Below are positions 60,101-64,000 of a stretch of DNA of 64,000 bases, one piece after another (position 1 is the stretch's first letter; each line of letters starts with the position of its first letter). A program made the translations under genes and the position numbers. Under the pieces are notes generated by a model. It searched no databases and was not told the DNA's origin. It saw nothing but the letters and a program-made list of their open reading frames with translations. This DNA comes from Verrucomicrobiota bacterium (GTDB taxonomy: Bacteria; Verrucomicrobiota; Verrucomicrobiia; Limisphaerales; AAA164-E04). The stretch is from contig CP170459.1 of the NCBI GenBank assembly GCA_047947115.1, positions 4,032,001-4,096,000 of the forward strand, given 5' to 3'.

Positions 60101-60223
60101 AGAGAACTTGTCAAGGTCGGCCTGAATTCGGCGGGAGCGCAATGCCCTCCAGATGAGTTGGGGGCATGGACTTCGGTGACCCGTGCACTGTTCAATCTTC
60201 ATGAAACCATCACACGCTACTGA
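57101..60223 (+). CDS. Planctomycete cytochrome c + DUF1549 + DUF1553 (PSD1) protein
   Basis: CFQCHGPD…MPP; HWSF, NPID, WLDLVRYADT, CAECHDHK; NPLTAR, PTHPEL, FDAP, TPLQSL. Confidence 0.92.
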   Translation: MKNTHALHYNRSAFQRLSAVCLNTLVCLFSYAWINAASSESISFARQIRPILSDACFQCHGPDANKRKAGLRLDQETSAKKQIDGVWIIKEGAPHDSDFIDRIFTSDPDEIMPPPKSGKTLKEEEKAMLKTWIEQGAPWEMHWSFEPLHRPIVPIVKDSEWPVNPIDFFILSKLEKEGIRPSLPANLNTLARRLHLDLTGLPPTVEVTRRFVDSEDPLDYERMVDSLLADKAYGEKLSTHWLDLVRYADTVGYHGDQPYTVWPYRDYVIDAFNSNMPFDRFTREQIAGDLLPNATRTQKVASGFNRLHMITAEGGAQDKEYLAKYAADRVRTTAGVWLGATMGCAECHDHKYDPYTMKDFYSLAAFFGDLKEKGFYGGSVWEPEMPLPSNSQEQEQDQLLTRVDTLQKQLATPTKELTQAQSAWETLVQDLASQGRLTWIPIQPEQIASENGTEWIQQADLSILTRGPNPEQETFTLQWEPGQEEAITGLRLEALTHPSMDKMSLSRGGGNFVLSETILTVVRGDNEIPIKIEHAEADFAQNNFDARRVLDGNEETGWAVDGANKKENRQLLLTLQDAFHPQTSDTLKLRLKFTSKHKHHVMGRFRLTSTSVPDPVLSETGLSDEIYGIVTKPSTDRTEDETAQLTKHFMDRTPLLDEARTQLASVKRRLDTLKNEIPTMLVSMSVKPRVMRILPRGNWMDDSGDIVQPAIPDFLDSEGLNKEESPLSRMDLANWLVSDKNPLTARHFVNHLWKIYFGYGLARVMEDTGSQGTPPTHPELIDWLASEFIRSGWDVKHIVRLMVTSQTYRQTSTPSDWLMERDPYNRLYARQSRFRLDAEIIRDQALEVCGLLMDQVGGPSVKPYQPAGYYSQLNFPKRTYQHDTGSSQYRRGLYTHWQRTFLHPMLKAFDAPTREECTAQRPRSNTPLQSLNLLNDPSFVEAARTYAAEILTSGRGSDRERIRSAFEKVTLRPPSHKELQILEDLLNDMRDGYRTNPERGRELVKVGLNSAGAQCPPDELGAWTSVTRALFNLHETITRY

Positions 60224-60253
60224 TTCCTCAATCGTCAATCACTCATCAGCCTT

Positions 60254-61683
60254 ATGAACGCATTTAATGCAGCCCTTCAACGCCGCAGTTTCCTGAATCG
60301 CTCCACCGTCGGCATTGGCTCTCTCGCCCTGAGCCAGTACCTCAAGCCGTGGCAAACCGCTGCACAAACCACCGAAATTGGAGCAAGACCATGGCCGGGC
60401 GTCATTGACCCGATGCACTTGCAACAGAAGGCTAAAAGGGTGATTTACTTGTGCATGGCCGGCGGGCCAAGTCATCTGGAGACGCTCGATTACAAACCAA
60501 AGCTTGCTGAGATGGACGGCAAGCCCATGCCGGAATCGATCACCAAAGGCCAGCCCATCGCACAGCTGCAAGGCCAAAAACTCAATTGTCTAGCCCCCCA
60601 GCATCCGTTTGAAACCTATGGGCAATCCAAACAGCAGATTTGTTCTCTTTTTCCAAAGATCGGTGGCGTCGCAGATGATTTGTGTATCATCCGCTCCTTT
60701 CATACGGAACAAATCAACCATGATCCGGCCCACACTTTCATCAATACCGGTTCATCAGTATCAGGACGTCCCAGCATGGGCTCCTGGTTGCTGTATGGTT
60801 TGGGTAGTGAGACCGAAAACCTGCCCGGATTTGTGGTGCTGACATCGGTAGGCAAAGGTGGGCAGGCGCAACCGATTTCGTCCAGACAGTGGCACAGCGG
60901 GTTCCTGCCCAGTAATTTTCAAGGGGTGCAGTTTAATGCCAACGGAGATCCTGTTCACTATGTGTCATCTCCTCCGGGTGTTCATAACAACGAACAACGC
61001 CGGCTTGTTGACGCCATCAACGCCCTGAATCGCGAAAAAGACATCCTTGTGTCGGACCCGGAAATCGCCACGCGTATCAGCCAATATGAAATGGCGTTCC
61101 GGATGCAGACCAGCGTGCCTGAATTGATGGAATTAAAAGATGAACCAAAGCACATTCTGGACATGTACGGAGCCGAGGCCGGGGATGGTTCTTTTGCTTC
61201 CAACTGCCTTCTTGCCCGGCGACTGGCCGAGCGCGGGGTTCGTTTTATACACCTCTATCATCGTGGCTGGGATCATCATGGTAACGTAAAAGGGAATATG
61301 GTCACGACGGCCAATGAAGTCGACCAGCCCACAGCTGCTTTGATCACCGATCTTAAACAAAGGGGCATGCTTGATGATACCTTGGTCATTTGGGGGGAGA
61401 ATTTGGACGCACCCCCATGGCGCAAGGAAGCGGGCGCGACCATCATATACGGGGATTTTCCCTCTTTATGGCTGGCGGAGGTATTCAAGGCGGGATGTCT
61501 TACGGCAACACCGATGATCTGGGTTACAAGGCCGTGGATCGGCCTTTTCATGTTCATGATCTCCATGCCACAATGCTTCACCTTTTCGGTATCGACCACT
61601 TGCGACTCACCTACCGTTTCCAGGGGCGCGATTATCGTCTGACAGACATTGCCGGGAATGTGGTGCAGGATATTCTGGCATAA
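60254..61683 (+). pseudogene. DUF1501 protein (Tat-exported), frameshifted in a G-run at 61392-61397 (real or sequencing error)
   Basis: RRSFL, GGPSHLE, WDHH; the conserved WGGEFGRTP motif needs G7 but G6 is present; the C-terminus (GRDH…RLTD) continues in ORF 61390-61683. Confidence 0.85.
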
Positions 61684-61720
61684 ATTTTACAGGCGACCTT
61701 GCTCCATTTGAATTATCATC

Positions 61721-62926
61721 ATGCGCACCTACTGGGATTTCCATTCAGCTGGAAAACTGTTGTTCGGCAGCGGAGTTTTGAAGCAACTTCCCGTTGAGTT
61801 AAAACGCAACGGTTACACCCGCCCCCTGATCATCACCGATCGCAATATTGTTCAAGCAGGCCTTCTTGAAAGGCTCAAACTAGCTCTGGGTGACTCGGTG
61901 GAACACTTGCGGGTATTTGATGGAGGAGAAGCTGAGCCTTCCTTGAAGGCCGCGCAGCTCGCACGTGAAGCGGCAAATGAAACCGCTCCGGATGTCATCA
62001 TCGGACTGGGTGGCGGCAGTAATCTTGATCTGGCGAAAATCACAGCACTGTTACATTGCCACGGGGGGCAACCTGCCGATTATTTCGGGTTTGACCAAGT
62101 TCCTGGCTCTGTTACTCCGCTGATATGCATTCCCACCACAGCGGGCACAGGCAGCGAGGTATCCCACGCAGCAGTATTAACCGATACTGAGTCAGGTTTG
62201 AAAGTCAGCACATTGAGTGCGCACCTTCGTCCGAGTCTGGCGTTGGTGGATCCCGCACTCACGGAAACATGCCCCGCAAGAGTCACGGCTGAAAGCGGCA
62301 TGGACGCACTGACTCATGCCATAGAGGCCTATACCTGCCGGCTCCCGCTGGAAATGAAAGAGGACGACGATGTGATGATGCCCTATCCCGGCAAAAACCC
62401 GGTTTCTGATGCCTTTGCTGAAAAGGCCATTCGACTGGTAGCCCGGCATCTGGTCAGGGCCGTAAAGCATCCATCCGATACCATAGCCCGTGAAGGCATG
62501 GCATTGGCCGCCACTCTGGCTGGGTTGGCTTTTTCGAACGGAGCGGTTGCCGTGGTGCATGCCCTGGAATATCCCATGGGTGTTGCACTCCATTGCTCGC
62601 ACGGACAGGGAAACGGACTGTTACTGCCTTATGTGATGCGATTCAACAAGCCGGCCAGATTGGAGGAATTTGCTTCCATTGCTGATTTTTTAGGTTGCGA
62701 CATTGAAGGCGTGTCCCGGGAGGAAGCCGCGGAATTAGGGATTCGGGCAGTCGAAAAACTGAAAGAAACCGTCGGTATACCCCGAGGCATTCGTGATATT
62801 GGCGGAAAGGACACGCAGCTTGAAGGATTCGCCGATAAATCGCACCAGATTTCCAGACTGATGAATATCAATCCCATCCAGCCTTCCAAAGACGATTTAT
62901 TGTCCATACTCAAGGCAGCCTTCTGA
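61721..62926 (+). CDS. Iron-containing alcohol dehydrogenase
   Basis: GGGSNLD-AK, PTTAGTGSE, DALTHAIE, HALEY, HG. Confidence 0.92.
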   Translation: MRTYWDFHSAGKLLFGSGVLKQLPVELKRNGYTRPLIITDRNIVQAGLLERLKLALGDSVEHLRVFDGGEAEPSLKAAQLAREAANETAPDVIIGLGGGSNLDLAKITALLHCHGGQPADYFGFDQVPGSVTPLICIPTTAGTGSEVSHAAVLTDTESGLKVSTLSAHLRPSLALVDPALTETCPARVTAESGMDALTHAIEAYTCRLPLEMKEDDDVMMPYPGKNPVSDAFAEKAIRLVARHLVRAVKHPSDTIAREGMALAATLAGLAFSNGAVAVVHALEYPMGVALHCSHGQGNGLLLPYVMRFNKPARLEEFASIADFLGCDIEGVSREEAAELGIRAVEKLKETVGIPRGIRDIGGKDTQLEGFADKSHQISRLMNINPIQPSKDDLLSILKAAF

Positions 62927-62977
62927 CATTTCAATTTTTTTAAAGATAACGACACTAAGATTTGTATCGAAATGGTT

Positions 62978-62994
62978 CTGGCACCGATTTTGCT
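62978..62994 (+). promoter_or_regulatory. sigma54 (-24/-12) promoter
   Basis: CTGGCAC-CGATT-TTGCT matches TGGCAC-N5-TTGCW. Confidence 0.75.
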
Positions 62995-63004
62995 TAGTCA
63001 GTCA

Positions 63005-63168
63005 TAGCATTCAAATGAGAAACCTATCCGGAAATATCCGGTGAACGTTGCAGGAGATGGTGTAGCCACAAACGTTCCCGTGTGATACACGGCATGGTTT
63101 TTCTGATTGAAATGTGTTACAGTTGAGTGACAATGATCAACGAAGCGGGTTCAACAATCAAACCGCTC
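63005..63168 (+). ncRNA. Candidate structured 5' leader RNA (four-way junction plus two hairpins)
   Basis: Outer stem GAGAAACC/GGTTTTTC encloses hairpins CCGGA/TCCGG, GAACGTT/AACGTTC and CCGTGT/ACACGG; further hairpins GTTGA/TCAAC and AGCGG/CCGCT. Confidence 0.4.
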
Positions 63169-63199
63169 GGGATGAGGCAATTTATATACTGGCGACAAT

Positions 63200-64000
63200 A
63201 TGGGGCAAGGCAAGCTACAGAAACAGCGGCACGAGCTTAAGTATGTGATACCGGAGCATTTGGCTTTGGCGGTGCGTGATTTTGTGCGCTGTTATCTTGA
63301 TTTGGACCTCAATGGTGCCGATCAGCCGGATCTGTCCTATCCTGTTCACAGCCTGTATATGGATTCACCTGGGATGGCTCTTTACAACAGCACCATCAAT
63401 GGAGATAAGAACCGATTTAAGTTACGCATTCGTTTCTACAACGAACGGGAAGACACCCCTGTTTTTTTGGAAATCAAACGTCGGATGAACAACATCATCA
63501 GCAAAAAACGCGTTGGAGTCCCACGATCCTGCATGCCTCAGATATTGGCCGGACAAATTCCGGATGCATCGTACCTTTACCACCAAGAAAATCCTGCTGA
63601 CCAGACAGTTTTCAACGATCCGACTCTTGCCAGCCAGGAGCAGGCTCTCATTGATTTTGTAGATATGGTCAACCGACTGGAAGCACAACCGGTATCGCAT
63701 GTCGCATACCGACGGGAAGCCTGGGTGCAACCCGACAGTAACCAAGTCAGAGTCACTCTTGACAGACAGGTGAGGTGCGAGCCTGATCCGGGTGCCCGCA
63801 TGATGACCGCGATGCAAAACCCTACTTTGGTCTTCGGCGACTGGGTAATCCTTGAATTGAAGTTCACCGATCGTTTTCCAAACTGGTTCAGAGAGCTGGT
63901 GGAGATTTTCAATCTGACACAATGCGGTGCTGCCAAGTATGTTGACGGAATTACCCTGATGGGCAAGGATCAGACTTCCGAACTGATCGCCTCACATATG
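63200..64000 (+). CDS. VTC (polyphosphate polymerase) domain protein, runs off the right edge
   Basis: Manual translation MGQGKLQKQRHELKY…SLYMDS…RFKLRIRFY…FLEIK…YRREA…RVTLD…ILELKF…KY; absent from the ORF track because there is no stop in the window. Confidence 0.85.
   Translation, partial: MGQGKLQKQRHELKYVIPEHLALAVRDFVRCYLDLDLNGADQPDLSYPVHSLYMDSPGMALYNSTINGDKNRFKLRIRFYNEREDTPVFLEIKRRMNNIISKKRVGVPRSCMPQILAGQIPDASYLYHQENPADQTVFNDPTLASQEQALIDFVDMVNRLEAQPVSHVAYRREAWVQPDSNQVRVTLDRQVRCEPDPGARMMTAMQNPTLVFGDWVILELKFTDRFPNWFRELVEIFNLTQCGAAKYVDGITLMGKDQTSELIASHM

Noticed and set aside
63005..63119. Cloverleaf structure as a tRNA or tmRNA
   Set aside because: No GGTTCRA T-loop, no D-loop consensus, no CCA end; kept only as a candidate leader RNA
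63422..63966. Minus-strand ORFs at the right edge
   Set aside because: Shadows of the plus-strand VTC-domain CDS starting at 63200
1..64000. CRISPR arrays, rRNA, prophage or known anti-phage defence operons
   Set aside because: No regularly spaced repeats, rRNA signatures, or phage/defence motifs recognised by eye

Overview
A gene-dense bacterial chromosomal segment. The gene families point to the PVC superphylum, most likely Verrucomicrobiota (inference): planctomycete cytochrome c/DUF1549-DUF1553 plus DUF1501, stand-alone prepilin-type H-X9-DG proteins and PQQ-like propellers. Housekeeping genes (recG, dapB, folK, trpA, panD, lpxD, tadA, cysE, manC, tRNA-Ala GGC) are interleaved with envelope and secreted-protein genes. 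One intact IS630 element, several pseudogenes and a homopolymer frameshift are present. No CRISPR array, rRNA or prophage was seen. The main points of interest are: (1) an MtrAB-like porin-cytochrome pair in which an 8-heme cytochrome is partnered by a beta-barrel carrying its own N-terminal c-type heme domain; (2) a YtrA/GntR-controlled ABC operon containing a 1450-aa beta-propeller with three 4-Cys repeats and a pseudopilin; (3) a sigma54 promoter followed by a four-way-junction RNA leader upstream of a VTC-domain gene; (4) a shared C-terminal domain on several secreted proteins; (5) an EHD-like dynamin; (6) an HX4E acyltransferase-GNAT pair; (7) a NusG paralog with a JUMPstart-like leader; (8) repeated leaderless-type promoters. 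All family calls come from motif recognition by eye; no database searches were run.
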